Assembly (NCBI GenBank): GCA_964016885.1
Contig: OZ024741.1
Coordinates: 13,330,001-13,394,000, forward strand
Length of the DNA: 64,000 bases
Origin: Eledone cirrhosa
Lineage: Eukaryota
Direction of reading: 5' to 3'
Shown here: piece after piece, positions 40,484 through 55,053 of the stretch
Layout of the letters: each line of letters opens with the position of its first letter
How positions within the stretch are numbered: the first letter of the stretch is position 1
Position numbers and translations under genes: made by a program
Notes under the pieces: generated by a model
The model's input: only the letters and a program-made list of their open reading frames with translations
The model's database searches: none
Told to the model about the DNA's origin: nothing

Positions 40484-43400
40484 TCATGTAGGTGTCATGA
40501 CAAAAAGCACCCAGTACACATGTAAGGTGCTCATGTAGGTGTCATGACAAAAAGCACCCAGTACACATGTAAGGTGCTCATGTAGGTGTCATGACAAAAA
40601 GCACCCAGTACACATGTAAGGTGCTCATGTAGGTGGATGACAAAAAGCACCCAGTACACATGTAAGGTGGTCATGTAGGTGTCATGACAAAAAGCACCCA
40701 GTACACATGTAAGGTGGTCATGTAGGTGTCATGACAAAAAGCACCCAGTACACATGTAAGGTGGTCATGTAGGTGTCATGACAAAAAGCACCCAGTACAC
40801 ATGTAAGGTGCTCATGTAGGTGTCATGACAAAAAGCACCCAGTACACATGTAAGGTGCTCATGTAGGTGTCATGACAAAAAGCACCCAGTACACATGTAA
40901 GGTGCTCATGTAGGTGGATGACAAAAAGCACCCAGTACACATGTAAGGTGGTCATGTAGGTGTCATGACAAAAAGCACCCAGTACACATGTAAGGTGCTC
41001 ATGTAGGTGTCATGACAAAAAGCACCCAGTACACATGTAAGGTGGTCATGTAGGTGTCATGACAAAAAGCACCCAGTACACATGTAAGGTGGTCATGTAG
41101 GTGTCATGACAAAAAGCACCCAGTACACATGAAAGGTGCTCATGTAGGTGTCATGACAAAAAGCACCCAGTACACATGTAAGGTGCTCATGTAGGTGTCA
41201 TAACAAAAAGCACCCAGTACACATGTAAGGTGCTCATGTAGGTGTCATAACAAAAAGCACCCAGTACACATGTAAGGTGCTCATGTAGATGTCATGACAA
41301 AAAGCACCCAGTACACATGTAAGGTGCTCATGTAGGTGTCATGACAAAAAGCACCCAGTACACATGTAAGGTGCTCATGTAGGTGTCATGACAAAAAGCA
41401 CCCAGTACACATGTAAGGTGCTCATGTAGGTGGATGACAAAAAGCACCCAGTACACATGTAAGGTGGTCATGTAGGTGTCATGACAAAAAGCACCCAGTA
41501 CACATGTAAGGTGGTCATGTAGGTGTCATGACAAAAAGCACCCAGTACACATGTAAGGTGGTCATGTAGGTGTCATGACAAAAAGCACCCAGTACACATG
41601 TAAGGTGCTCATGTAGGTGTCATGACAAAAAGCACCCAGTACACATGTAAGGTGCTCATGTAGGTGTCATGACAAAAAGCACCCAGTACACATGTAAGGT
41701 GGTCATGTAGGTGTCATGACAAAAAGCACCCAGTACACATGTAAGGTGCTCATGTAGGTGGATGACAAAAAGCACCCAGTACACATGTAAGGTGGTCATG
41801 TAGGTGTCATGACAAAAAGCACCCAGTACACATGTAAGGTGCTCATGTAGGTGTCATGACAAAAAGCACCCAGTACACATGTAAGGTGGTCATGTAGGTG
41901 TCATGACAAAAAGCACCCAGTACACATGTAAGGTGCTCATGTAGGTGTCATGACAAAAAGCACCCAGTACACATGTAAGGTGCTCATGTAGGTGGATGAC
42001 AAAAAGCACCCAGTACACATGTAAGGTGGTCATGTAGGTGTCATGACAAAAAGCACCCAGTACACATGTAAGGTGGTCATGTAGGTGTCATGACAAAAAG
42101 CACCCAGTACACATGTAAGGTGCTCATGTAGGTGTCATGACAAAAAGCACCCAGTACACATGTAAGGTGCTCATGTAGGTGTCATGACAAAAAGCACCCA
42201 GTACACATGTAAGGTGGTCATGTAGGTGTCATGACAAAAAGCACCCAGTACACATGTAAGGTGGTCATGTAGGTGTCATGACAAAAAGCACCCAGTACAC
42301 ATGTAAGGTGCTCATATAGGTGTCATGACAAAAAGCACCCAGTACACATGTAAGGTGGTCATGTAGGTGTCATGACAAAAAGCACCCAGTACACATGTAA
42401 GGTGCTCATGTAGGTGTCATGACAAAAAGCACCCAGTACACATGTAAGGTGCTCATGTAGGTGTCATGACAAAAAGCACCCAGTACACATGTAAGGTGGT
42501 CATGTAGGTGTCATGACAAAAAGCACCCAGTACACATGTAAGGTGGTCATGTAGGTGTCATGACAAAAAGCACCCAGTACACATGTAAGGTGCTCATGTA
42601 GGTGTCATGACAAAAAGCACCCAGTACACATGTAAGGTGCTCATGTAGGTGTCATGACAAAAAGCACCCAGTACACATGTAAGGTGCTCATGTAGGTGTC
42701 ATGACAAAAAGCACCCAGTACACATGTAAGGTGCTCATGTAGGTGTCATGACAAAAAGCACCCAGTACACATGTAAGGTGCTCATGTAGGTGTCATGACA
42801 AAAAGCACCCAGTACACATGTAAGGTGCTCATGTAGGTGTCATGACAAAAAGCACCCAGTACACATGTAAGGTGCTCCTGTAGGTGGATGACAAAAAGCA
42901 CCCAGTACACATGTAAGGTGGTCATGTAGGTGTCATGACAAAAGCACCCAGTACACATGTAAGGTGCTCATGTAGGTGTCATGACAAAAAGCACCCAGTA
43001 CACATGTAAGGTGCTCATGTAGGTGTCATGACAAAAAGCACCCAGTACACATGTAAGGTGCTCCTGTAGGTGGATGACAAAAAGCACCCAGTACACATGT
43101 AAGGTGGTCATGTAGGTGTCATGACAAAAAGCACCCAGTACACATGTAAGGTGGTCATGTAGGTGTCATGACAAAAAGCACCCAGTACACATGTAAGGTG
43201 CTCATGTAGGTATCATGACAAAAAGCACCCAGTACACATGTAAGGTGGTCATGTAGGTGTCATGACAAAAAGCACCCAGTACACATGTAAGGTGCTCATG
43301 TAGGTGTCATGACAAAAAGCACCCAGTACACATGTAAGGTGCTCCTGTAGGTGGATGACAAAAAGCACCCAGTACACATGTAAGGTGGTCATGTAGGTGT

Positions 43401-46270
43401 CATAACAAAAAGCACCCAGTACACATGTAAGGTGGTCATGTAGGTGTCATGACAAAAAGCACCCAGTACACATGTAAGGTGCTCATGTAGGTGTCATGAC
43501 AAAAAGCACCCAGTACACATGTAAGGTGCTCCTGTAGGTGGATGACAAAAAGCACCCAGTACACATGTAAGGTGGTCATGTAGGTGTCATGACAAAAGCA
43601 CCCAGTACACATGTAAGGTGCTCATGTAGGTGTCATGACAAAAAAGCACCCAGTACACATGTAAGGTGGTCATGTAGGTGTCATGACAAAAAGCACCCAG
43701 TACACATGTAAGGTGCTCATGTAGGTGTCATGACAAAAAGCACCCAGTACACATGTAAGGTGCTCATGTAGGTGTCATGACAAAAAGCACCCAGTACACA
43801 TGTAAGGTGGTCATGTAGGTGTCATGACAAAAAGCACCCAGTACACATGTAAGGTGGTCATGTAGGTGTCATGACAAAAAGCACCCAGTACACATGTAAG
43901 GTGCTCCTGTAGGTGGATGACAAAAAGCACCCAGTACACATGTAAGGTGGTCATGTAGGTGTCATGACAAAAAGCACCCAGTACACATGTATGGTGGTCA
44001 TGTAGGTGTCATGACAAAAAGCACCCAGTACACATGTAAGGTGCTCATATAGGTGTCATGACAAAAAGCACCCAGTACACATGTAAGGTGGTCATGTAGG
44101 TGTCATGACAAAAAGCACCCAGTACACATGTAAGGTGCTCATGTAGGTGTCATGACAAAAAGCACCCAGTACACATGTAAGGTGCTCATGTAGGTCTCAT
44201 GACAAAAAGCACCCAGTACACATGTAAGGTGCTCATGTAGGTGTCATGACAAAAAGCACCCAGTACACATGTAAGGTGCTCCTGTAGGTGGATGACAAAA
44301 AGCACCCAGTACACATGTAAGGTGGTCATGTAGGTGTCATGACAAAAGCACCCAGTACACATGTAAGGTGCTCATGTAGGTGTCATGACAAAAAGCACCC
44401 AGTACACATGTAAGGTGCTCATGTAGGTGTCATGACAAAAAGCACCCAGTACACATGTAAGGTGCTCCTGTAGGTGTCATGACAAAAAGCACCCAGTACA
44501 CATGTAAGGTGCTCATGTAGGTGTCATGACAAAAAGCACCCAGTACACATGTAAGGTGGTCATGTAGGTGTCATGACAAAAAGCACCCAGTACACATGTA
44601 AGGTGCTCATGTAGGTATCATGACAAAAAGCACCCAGTACACATGTAAGGTGGTCATGTAGGTGTCATGACAAAAAGCACCCAGTACACATGTAAGGTGC
44701 TCATGTAGGTGTCATGACAAAAAGCACCCAGTACACATGTAAGGTGCTCCTGTAGGTGGATGACAAAAAGCACCCAGTACACATGTAAGGTGGTCATGTA
44801 GGTGTCATGACAAAAGCACCCAGTACACATGTAAGGTGCTCATGTAGGTGTCATGACAAAAAGCACCCAGTACACATGTAAGGTGGTCATGTAGGTGTCA
44901 TGACAAAAAGCACCCAGTACACATGTAAGGTGCTCATGTAGGTGTCATGACAAAAAGCACCCAGTACACATGTAAGGTGCTCATGTAGGTGTCATGACAA
45001 AAAGCACCCAGTACACATGTAAGGTGGTCATGTAGGTGTCATGACAAAAAGCACCCAGTACACATGTAAGGTGGTCATGTAGGTGTCATGACAAAAAGCA
45101 CCCAGTACACATGTAAGGTGCTCATATAGGTGTCATGACAAAAAGCACCCAGTACACATGTAAGGTGGTCATGTAGGTGTCATGACAAAAAGCACCCAGT
45201 ACACATGTAAGGTGCTCATATAGGTGTCATGACAAAAAACACCCAGTACACATGTAAGGTGGTCATGTAGGTGTCATGACAAAAAGCACCCAGTACACAT
45301 GTAAGGTGCTCATGTAGGTGTCATGACAAAAAGCACCCAGTACACATGTAAGGTGTTCATGTAGGTGTCATGACAAAAAGCACCCAGTACACATGTAAGG
45401 TGGTCATGTAGGTGTCATGACAAAAAGCACCCAGTACACATGTAAGGTGCTCATGTAGGTGTCATGACAAAAAGCACCCAGTACACATGTAAGGTGCTCA
45501 TGTAGGTGTCATGACAAAAAGCACCCAGTACACATGTAAGGTGCTCATGTAGGTGTCATGACAAAAAGCACCCAGTACACATGTAAGGTGGTCATGTAGG
45601 TGTCATGACAAAAAGCACCCAGTACACATGTAAGGTGCTCATGTAGGTGTCATGACAAAAAGCACCCAGTACACATGTAAGGTACTCCTGTAGGTGGATG
45701 ACAAAAAGCACCCAGTACACATGTAAGGTGGTCATGTATGTGTCATGACAAAAGCACCCAGTACACATGTAAGGTGCTCATGTAGGTGTCATGACAAAAA
45801 GCACCCAGTACACATGTAAGGTGCTCATGTAGGTCTCATGACAAAAAGCACCCAGTACACATGTAAGGTGCTCCTGTAGGTGTCATGACAAAAAGCACCC
45901 AGTACACATGTAAGGTGCTCATGTAGGTGTCATGACAAAAAGCACCCAGTACACATGTAAGGTGCTCATGTAGGTGTCATGACAAAAAGCACCCAGTACA
46001 CATGTAAGGTGGTCATGTAGGTGGATGACAAAAAGCACCCAGTACACATGTAAGGTGCTCATGTAGGTGTCATGACAAAAAGCACCCAGTACACATGTAA
46101 GGTGGTCATGTAGGTGTCATGACAAAAAGCACCCAGTACACATGTAAGGTGGTCATGTAGGTGTCATGACAAAAAGCACCCAGTACACATGTAAGGTGCT
46201 CATGTAGGTGTCATGACAAAAAGCACCCAGTATCCACTGAAAGGTGGTCATGTAGGTGTCATGACAAAAA
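40484..46270. repeat. 47-bp tandem satellite, about 122 monomers, expanded within an RTE-type 3' tail
   Basis: Monomer TGTAGGTGTCATGACAAAAAGCACCCAGTACACATGTAAGGTG(C/G)TCA. The array runs directly into the RTE tail at 46270-46428, which ends in (GAT)n. Confidence 0.96.
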
Positions 46271-46559
46271 GGACCCAGTATCCACTGTAAATGTGGTTAG
46301 TGTTAGGAAGTGCATCCAGCTGTAGATACCAAGCCCAATCAGTCAGTTGTGTATGAGCAAGAAATGGTCATCTAACCCATGCTAACCTGGAAAAATGGAT
46401 GTTAAAGGATGATGATGATGATGATGATATATATATAATCTACACAAATATACAATCTAAATATACATCTGTATTTTCAGAGAAATGCACCCCCCCCCCC
46501 CCATATGCACACAGACACACACTCATTGATGGATTAACTGATTAAGGGTTCGTGTGTTT

Positions 46560-47097
46560 TACTGCGTGAGACTGAGAGATGCAATTGGGTAAGGTCGGCC
46601 TTTATCACCTCATCCCAGGTCATCTTGTATCTCCCCACTCTGCAGCTTCCATTGACTTCTAGTGCTCTGCGCCTTTTTATGCAGCTGTCATCCTTCATAC
46701 TCATCACATGTCCATACCAGCGCAACCTCCTCTTCTGCACACAGCATTTAATCCCTCTTATGCTCAGTCTCTCTCTCAATTCGTTTATGCTTTGCTGTTC
46801 ATGTATATTACTATTACACATCCATCGGAGCATGCAGGCTTCGTTTCTTTCTAATCTACGTAAGTCTTCCACCTTCAGCGCCCAGGTCTCACTACCATGT
46901 AACGTTGCTGTTTGTATGCACGCATCATACAGTCTGCCTTTCATTTTGAGGGAAAAGCCTTTTGCAGCTAGCAGTGGCAGTAGCTCCCTGAACTTCCATC
47001 TCGTTCTTACCCTAGTTATTGTACTTTCCGAATACCCACCTCCGCTGCTAATTCGGTCACGTAGGTAGCAGAAGCTGTCTAATGTTTCTACAGAGCC
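46560..47097 (-). mobile_element. RTE family B fragment, inverted relative to 47246-48599
   Basis: ORF 46534-46944: MKGRLYDAC...GSETWALKVEDLRRL...RLRWYGHV. Confidence 0.9.
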
Positions 47098-47140
47098 CTA
47101 TATATACATATACATACACATATATATACATATACACAAA

Positions 47141-47211
<71 letters not shown>

Positions 47212-47245
47212 ATACAAATATATATACACACTGTGTATATACACA

Positions 47246-48599
47246 CTCTGTTCTTAGCCCTCTCCTGTTCATCATAGTCCTGCAGGCAATAACGGAGGAG
47301 TTTAAGACCGGATGCCCATGGGAACTCCTGTATGCTGATGACCTCGCACTCATAGCTGAATCTATGGTAGAACTAGAGAATAAATTCCAAACCTAGAAGC
47401 AGGGACTAGAGAGAAAGGGCCTCAAAGTCAACATGACAAAGACTAAGGTCCTTATAAGTAGACGAGAAAACAGAACCCAGATCCCCTCAGGGAAATGGCC
47501 TTGCTCAGTATGTAGGAAAGGTGTAGGTAGGAACTCCATTCTTTGCCCCAAATGCAAACAATGGGTACACAAGAGATGTAGCGGGATCTCAGGAAGCTTA
47601 ATTAAGAATGTAGGATTCACATGCAGCAGCTGTGCTGAAACAGCAAGCAAACAGCCACAGGAAACAAGTACCACCAATCTCTGGGAGGGCCCTGTAGAAA
47701 CAGTAGACAGCTTCTGCTACCTAGGTGACCGAATTAGCAACGGAGGTGGGTGCTCAGAAAGTACAATAACTAGGGTAAGAACGGGATGGAAGAAGTTTAG
47801 GGAACTACTACCACTGCTAGCTGCAAAAGGCTTCTCCCTCAGAATGAAAGGCAGACTGTATGATGCGTGTATCCGAACAGCGATGTTGCATGGTAGTGAG
47901 ACCTGGGCGCTGAAGGTGGAAGACTTACGTAGATTAGAGAGAAACGAAGCCTGCATGCTCCGATGGATGTGTAACAGTAATATACGTGAACGACAAAGCA
48001 TAAAGGAATTGAGAGAGAGACTGAGCATAAGAGGAATCAAATGCTGCGTGCAGGAGAGGCGGTTACGCTGGTATGGACATGTGATGCGTATGAAGGATGA
48101 CAGCTGCATAAAAAGGTGCAGAGCACTAGAAGTTGATGGAAACCGCGGAGTGGGGAGACCCAAGATGACTTGGGATGAGGTGATAAAAGCCGACCTTACC
48201 CAACTACACCTCTCAAATTCAATGACACACGACCGTGACTTCTGGCGTCACGCAGTAATACAGGGTACCCGACCTCCCATGGGTACATGCTGAAGCATAT
48301 AAACAATATGCCCCCCCCCCCCCCCCCCCACCGCAAGGTGGTCGTGGAGGTGCCACGGCAAAAAAGCACCCAGCCCACACTGTAAAGTGGACGTGTAGGC
48401 GCCACGAAAAAGCACCCAGCACTCACTGTAAATGAGGTTGGTGTTAGGAAGGGCATCCAGCTGTAGAAATCAAGCCAGATCAGTTCCTGTATGAGCAAGG
48501 CATGGTCAGCCGACCAGACACTGCCCACAACAGGACAACCCGTCTAACCCATGCTAGCGTGGAAGAACGGACGTAAAACGGTGATGATGATGATGATGA
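47246..48599 (+). mobile_element. 5'-truncated RTE family B with PHD-like finger; one premature stop at 47394-47396
   Basis: [15 protein letters not shown] and ORF 47433-48293. The 3' UTR has two ~47-bp sub-repeats and a (GAT)n tail. Confidence 0.92.
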
Positions 48600-49729
48600 C
48601 ACATACATACAAATATATATACATATACACACTTACATACACATATATATATATACATACACACAAATGCATGCATATATATATACATATACATACACAC
48701 GTATATATATATATATATATTATGCACACATATATATATGAGAGAGTGGGATAAAGTAATCAGTGAGTAGGGGGAGGGGTTAATCTGTCGATCAGTTAAT
48801 CTGTTAATCTGTTGTTAATCCAATACTAATCTTTGAAATAAGTAGCCACTAGAATTAAGAATCTTTACGTATTGGAAATAAGCTTATAACAGCCACTCAA
48901 CCAGGAAAGTCATTTGGTGTATCTTCAAGACACAGAAGTGCACACATCTATCTATATATATACACACACGTGTGTTGTTGTTGTTTTTAAGTATATTAGC
49001 TTAATATAAGCTGCTACAACACAAGTTTAACTATTAAGTAGTTGAACAAGTTAGTTATGTAAACCCCTATAGATGGACAAAAGTGCCCTTCCTAACACCA
49101 ACCTCATTTACAGTGTGGGCTGGGTGCTTTTTTGCCGTCACCTCCACGACCACTTTGCAGTGGAATGATAGGGACCCCAGTCCCATTCATCTCATTTCTA
49201 CAGCTGAGTAACATATATATATAAATAAATAAAACATTAAATCTTTCAATACCAACCTCCCTAAGAACCTCCATGGTTCTAAAATATGAAATCTCTCATT
49301 TCAAATTGTTTACATTTAAATTAAAACCTTGCTGTCTACCGGGGTCATGGGGTGGCCAGCATGCTGGTCCACATTTGTTTATAATAGTGATAGATAGGGA
49401 GAGAGTGAAAGAGAGAGACTCTCATCAATTTATTTACAGAATACAGTTTCTAATGTGTCCTTCCCTTTTTAAGATGGTCGAGTGTAATTTGGTCCCCCAT
49501 CAAACCCTATTTAATCTACCCTCTTTCTTATTTCTATCGTCCTTTATAATTAACCCTCACTTCCAACTACGTAAACAGTAATATACCTATTTAGCAATTA
49601 TTAAAACGAAGACAAATAACGCAAATATTTTGTTAAATTATATCCCAAACACCCACTAAATGAAAACTTAATTATTTTCTAAATTAATTGAAACATGTCG
49701 TGTCTTTAATTAGAATTATGGTATCATCA

Positions 49730-50010
49730 TCATCATCATCGTTGGATGGGTCCTTCTCAGCAGAGCATCTCTCCTCGCGTCATAATTCTTTGTCATCTCC
49801 TCTGTGAGTCTCAGTGATTTGAGGTCAGCTCTTACAACCTCTGCTCAGGTCTTTCTTGGTCTTCTACTGCAACATCCTTTCATTAGGATTTCCTAGCACT
49901 TCTTCACCCATTGATCATTGTCCATGTGCATCACATGTCCAAACCAATGCAGACTTCTCTCCTGCACACCACCTTGAATTCCTCTTAAACCTAGTTTCTT
50001 CTTCAACTTA
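49730..50010 (-). pseudogene. Degenerate RTE 3' remnant
   Basis: Minus strand LGLRGIQGGVQERSLHWFGHVMHM...RRPRKT; (CAT)n tail. Confidence 0.7.
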
Positions 50011-50619
50011 TCCAAAGCCATTTCCCTGCTAAAGCAGAGGTTAGCCTTGTAAACACCATGACAGGCTTTCTGTTCATATATAGAACATTTGTCTTTTTCA
50101 ATGTTATACTGACGGCTACCAAATAATAGGAGTGGATGGAAAATCGGTAATTTTTCTAGTTTTTTTTTTTATAAACCAGAATTAGTCGTTTAGTTTACAT
50201 ATTGAGACCCCAACCCATCCTATTTATTTTATAACATATGGGATTTCTAGTAATGTACTTTTTTGTCATGTATAAGGATTTTTAATGTCTAAAGAAAATT
50301 AATCATCGCAGGAATGCTACCACTTAAGATAAAATTTCGCTGGAGATGGATTAGCAAAATTTAATAGGGTGGGGGTGTTTGGAATGAAAGTGGGGTGGGT
50401 AGAAAAAATCTAAAAAATTAGTAGGGGGATGGGGCGTGATTACACAAAGAATCAATGAGATTTATGAAGCGTTCAGCAAATTTTGAATTTTGTAAGTGAG
50501 CTTATAGTAAGGTGCTGAAAAAAGTTGACAATATTGTCTGTAGGGCCATCATCACACTCTAACATCCACTTTTCCACGCTAGCATGGGTTAGACAAAGAA
50601 TGGGTATCTATATCTAGAT

Positions 50620-50855
50620 ACATGGACGAGCTCTCTCCAGCGGTCTCTGTCCCTCATCATCGCTGCCATGTCCTGCGTCTCCAACAGACCAGTGTCTGTC
50701 CTCAGGGCATCAACATATCAACCTCAGTCTTCCTCTTCCAGTGTGTCCATGCAGGGGCTCCCACAGGAGCACTGAGTGTAGCGTCAACTCTGGATGTTGG
50801 TGAGCATGTCCAGCTAACCTCAGTCTGTTCTGTGCTACTTTTGAGCTGACTTTTG
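50620..50855 (-). pseudogene. RTE-like ORF C-terminal remnant of a distinct family
   Basis: Minus strand RLRLAGHAHQHPE...LLWEPLHGHTGRGR...MRDRDRWRELV. Confidence 0.7.
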
Positions 50856-50975
50856 GGTATATATGTATATATATATTGGGTTCTGATCAAGTGATATTAG
50901 TAGTCTACAAAGGAGGAAGAACTCAATATTTGAAGCTATGCTATAATCTTTGTGGTGTGTTTATGTGTGAATGCC

Positions 50976-51054
<79 letters not shown>

Positions 51055-51128
51055 TTATATATATTGTCTAATCCATGCTGGCATGGAAAATGGACGTTAA
51101 ATGATGATGATGATGATATATATATATA

Positions 51129-51359
51129 GTAATAATAAATGTGAAGACTAAAATCCGAAGAGGGCTTGATAAGGATTATATATATAAACCCGTAGAGCAA
51201 ATATTTATTATAAGTACAAAGTTTAAGCAAAGAATTGCTGCTTTCACCCTTTTGAAATATTTATTGCTGCATCTTATGATTTTTCTCAGTTTCAGAAAAT
51301 CCCGTAAAAGGATGAAAGCAGTCATTCTTTGCTTAAACATTAATCTGTACATATAATAA

Positions 51360-51360
<1 letters not shown>
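51129..51360. mobile_element. PLE pLTR-like fold-back module (family H1), diverged copy
   Basis: The forward part matches 28668-28811. The inverted part carries GTTT-CAGAAAA-TCCCGTAAAAGGAT-GAAA-GCA...TGC-TT-AAAC at 51288-51338 (+). Confidence 0.6.
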
Positions 51361-51390
<30 letters not shown>

Positions 51391-51391
51391 A

Positions 51392-52799
51392 TCATCATCA
51401 TCATAATCGTTTAACGTCCATCTTCCACGCTTGCATGGGTTAGGACGGGAGTTTTCCCACTTGAGGCAAGAGTGGTTGTCTTGCTCGCATAGGAGTGTCA
51501 GGCGGGTTTTCTACGGCTGGATGCCCTTCCCAACACCAACCACGTTTACAGTGTGGACTGGGAGGTTTTTACCATGTTACCTACATGGTAACATTACAGC
51601 GTGGACTGTGTGTTTTTTTGTTGTGACACCTACACGACCTCATTTGTTTAGGACTGGATGTTGTGGTACCAACATAACTTTACATTGAAAGGGGTGATGT
51701 GGATGGGTGGGGGGGGGGGGGGGTAGTGGGACGGGGGTGTATTTTGTTAGAGATGCCTACTGGCTGTAGTAGGTTTCACTTTGTACTTAGGTAAGGCAGG
51801 TCTTCTGTATTACTGTGTAGCGCCAAAGATCTTGGTCCAGTGACATTGTCTTGGAGAGGTGTAAGTGTGTGAGGTCGGAATTTATCAAGTCGTCCCAGGT
51901 TTTTCTGGGTCTGGCTACCGTCTATTTTTATTACCCTGCACTTTTTATACAGCTGTCGTCTTTCATGCGCATCACGTGACCATACCAACGTAGTCTTCTC
52001 TGATCCTCTTATTTCTAATTTTTCCCTTAGTTCGTTTATGCTTTGCCGTTCATGTATATTACTATTACACATCCAGCGGAGCATACAAGCTTCGTTCCTC
52101 TCCAGTCTGCGTATATCCTCTGCACACAATGCCCAGGTCTCACTGCCATGTAACATTGCTGTTCGTATGCAGGCATCATACAGCCTGCCTTTCATTTTTA
52201 GAGGGAACCCTTTAGCGGCTAATAGTGGTATAAGCTCTCTGAACTTTTTCCATCCAGTTCTGACTCTAGCTACTGTACTTTCAGAGCACCCTCCACCACT
52301 GCTGATTTTGTCACCCAAGTAACGGAAGGTGTCCACTATTTCTATAGAACCATCTGTGCAATGGAATGAGCTAGTATTGTGTGGGCACTTGCTGCTACTT
52401 ATTGCACCAGAGCACCGGCCACATATAAAATCTATGTTCTTAGTTAGCTTACCTGTGATCCCACTACATCTTTTATGCACCCATACTTTGCATTTGGGAC
52501 ATAAAATGGAGTTTCTACCTACTCCTTTCCTACACACTGAGCATGGCCATTTCCCGGATGGGACTGGTGCCCTATTTTCCTTCCTACAAACTAGAACTTT
52601 AGTCTTAGGTTAATTTTAAGGCCTTTTGATTCCATGTTTGGAATTTCTTCTCTAGTTCGGCCATTGATTCAGCTATGAACGTTAGATCATCTGCGAATAG
52701 GAGTTCCCATGGGCAGCCGGTCTTGAACTCCACTGTTATAGCCTGAAGGGCAATAATAAATAGTAGGGGCCTAAGAACGGAGCCCTGTTGAACACCAAC
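51392..52799 (-). mobile_element. 5'-truncated RTE family A with small deletions
   Basis: GVQQGSVLRPLLF, LLFADDL, PHD-like cysteines, 3' UTR and (CAT)n. Confidence 0.92.
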
Positions 52800-52957
52800 A
52801 TATATATATATATATATTGATAGTCTGGTACTGGGAAGACCACAAATCAAAGAAGTACTTGATACATGGTAAGATGTAGAGTGGATATATTAGTGAAAGT
52901 AGAGGATCTATCACAAGCTCGGCAGTTTTAGATAGTTACCCCTTCTAGTCTTTGTGT

Positions 52958-53262
52958 ATCATCATCATCATCACCGTTTTACGCCTGTTCTTCCACGCTA
53001 GCATGGGTTAGATAGGTTGTCCTGTTGTGGGCAGTGTCCGGTCGGCTGACCTTGTCTTGCTCATACGGGAACTGATTCTGGCTTGATTTCTAGAGCTGGA
53101 TGCCCTTCCTAACACCAACCTCATTTACAGTGAGTGCTCGGTGCTTTTTCTTTTTTCCGTGGTGCCTACACGTCCACTTTACAGTGGGAGTGGGTGGCGG
53201 CATATTGTCTATATGCTTCAGCTTCAGCTTGTACCCGTGGGGGGTCGGGTCTTCTGTATTAC
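52958..53262 (-). mobile_element. RTE family B 3' end
   Basis: Homologous to the reverse complement of 48255-48599. Confidence 0.85.
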
Positions 53263-54414
53263 ACACATTCTGTATTACACACACACGCACTATTTTTCTC
53301 TGGGAGAAATCTGCTGAATTTAGATCTGTAGAGGATTGGGCTATGCCAGGTTTAAAAAGTAACATAGGAACACTATGTAAATATAGTGCCCCTTCGATGC
53401 CCTCAGGTCTTACAGGACCATGTATACCAGGCAAGGGTCTTGTTTATGGGGGGTGCCAGGGGACAAGTTCACCCCCCCCCCCACTTTTTCAAACGTCTAT
53501 ATTTTATTTTTTGTTTATTTGATATAATAAATTCTTTTTAAGCTTTTTTTTATATCTGAACTTCATTTGAATATATAAAATGTAATTAGCATAACATTTT
53601 ACTTATGTGATAGGGTCCGGGAAAGGTACTATAAGTAATTTATGCTCCTTTAAGAATCAACAAATAATCAACAGGCATATGTGGCGTTAGGGATTCCAGC
53701 TGTCGAAAAACCAGGCCAAAAGTATCATGAACAAGACATGGTCACCTGACCTGGCATTTCTCACGACAGGACAACTCGTCTCATGCATGTTAACATGGAA
53801 AAATGGACGTTAACCCTTTAGCATTCACATTGCTCTATATTTACTATTGTAATTTTCATGGTAAAGGTTTTACCTCACATAATATCGAGTCTATGAGATT
53901 GGTATTATTTATTCTGACAGTATCTGTAGAGGGTTGGATGCCATGCTTTCCAGCATAGTTACGTTCCTTTACGGTCTGAGTTCAAATCCCGTCGAGGTTA
54001 ACTTTGCTTTCATCCTTACGGGGTCGATAAAATAAAGTACCAGTAATACACTGGGATAATTGCTGGCCTTGTGCTAAAAGTAGAAACAATTATTTATTCT
54101 GAGAAGACCTTAAAGTCGGTATGAGAGGCCAATTATGGCGTGTTTGAACAGAAAGAAGTGAGAGAATTCTGGCTGGATATGGCTGGTTTAAACGCTAAAG
54201 GGTTAAACAATGATGATGAGATATATATAATAGTAGTAGTAGTAGTATGAGCAGCCATTAACCATTGCTAATAGCAACTGTGGTATACAATAACTGTTAG
54301 TGGCTGAGGAAGGTAGGGTTCTATTACAGTACACATCCCTTCATATCTAATTGTTTTTTACTAATTGTGTCCTATTATGTTGTGTACTAAATACCAACCA
54401 TATTTACTGTTGGT

Positions 54415-54990
54415 GTCTGGGTAGTAGTGGTGTAGTGGTGGTGGTGTGATGGGGGTGGGGTGGGGGGTGATGGGGGTGGTGGTGGTGTGGTGGTGTTGGT
54501 GGTATGGGGAGTGGTTTGGTGGTGGGTGGTGTTGGTTTGGTGGTGGTGTTGGTGTGGTGTTGTGGTTGTGGTGGTGTGGTGGTAGTTGTATGGTGTGGTG
54601 TGGTGGTGGTTGTATGGTATGGTGTGGTGTGGTGGTATGTGAGTGGTTAGATGGGGGTATGGGTGGTTAGTTGTGTGGTGGTATGTGAGTGGTTAGATGG
54701 GTGGGCAGGTGGTGGTATGTGGTTGGGGTATGTTGTTTTAAAAGGTGGGTGGGGTGGGGAGTAATAATCTTTTAAATAGATTACTGTGAGTAATCTAGAT
54801 GGTAAGATGGTGGTTGGGGTGAAACATTGATTAGTTGATATCATGTATTGGTGGTGGTGTGGTGGTGGTGGTGTTGAAGTGGTGGTGATGATATTGTGAT
54901 GGTTGTGATGGTTGTTTTGGTGATGGTGATGGTTGTGATGGTGTTAGTCATGATGGTGGCTGTGGTGGTGGTGATGGTAGTTGTGTGGAT
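54415..54990. repeat. Degenerate (GGT)n low-complexity tract
   Basis: Directly visible. Confidence 0.9.
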
Positions 54991-55053
54991 GGCTTCAGTC
55001 TCATTAATTATGATTTCATTTTAATGATTGTATGACTTAAAAAACTAAATAGC

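Noticed and set aside
40484-46270. CRISPR-like regular array (also 1-3650 and 63177-64000)
   Set aside because: No unique spacers and no cas genes; the monomers are contiguous and retroposon-derived.
54415-54990. Telomere-like or G-quadruplex tract
   Set aside because: Degenerate GGT repeat with no TTAGGG units; ordinary low complexity.
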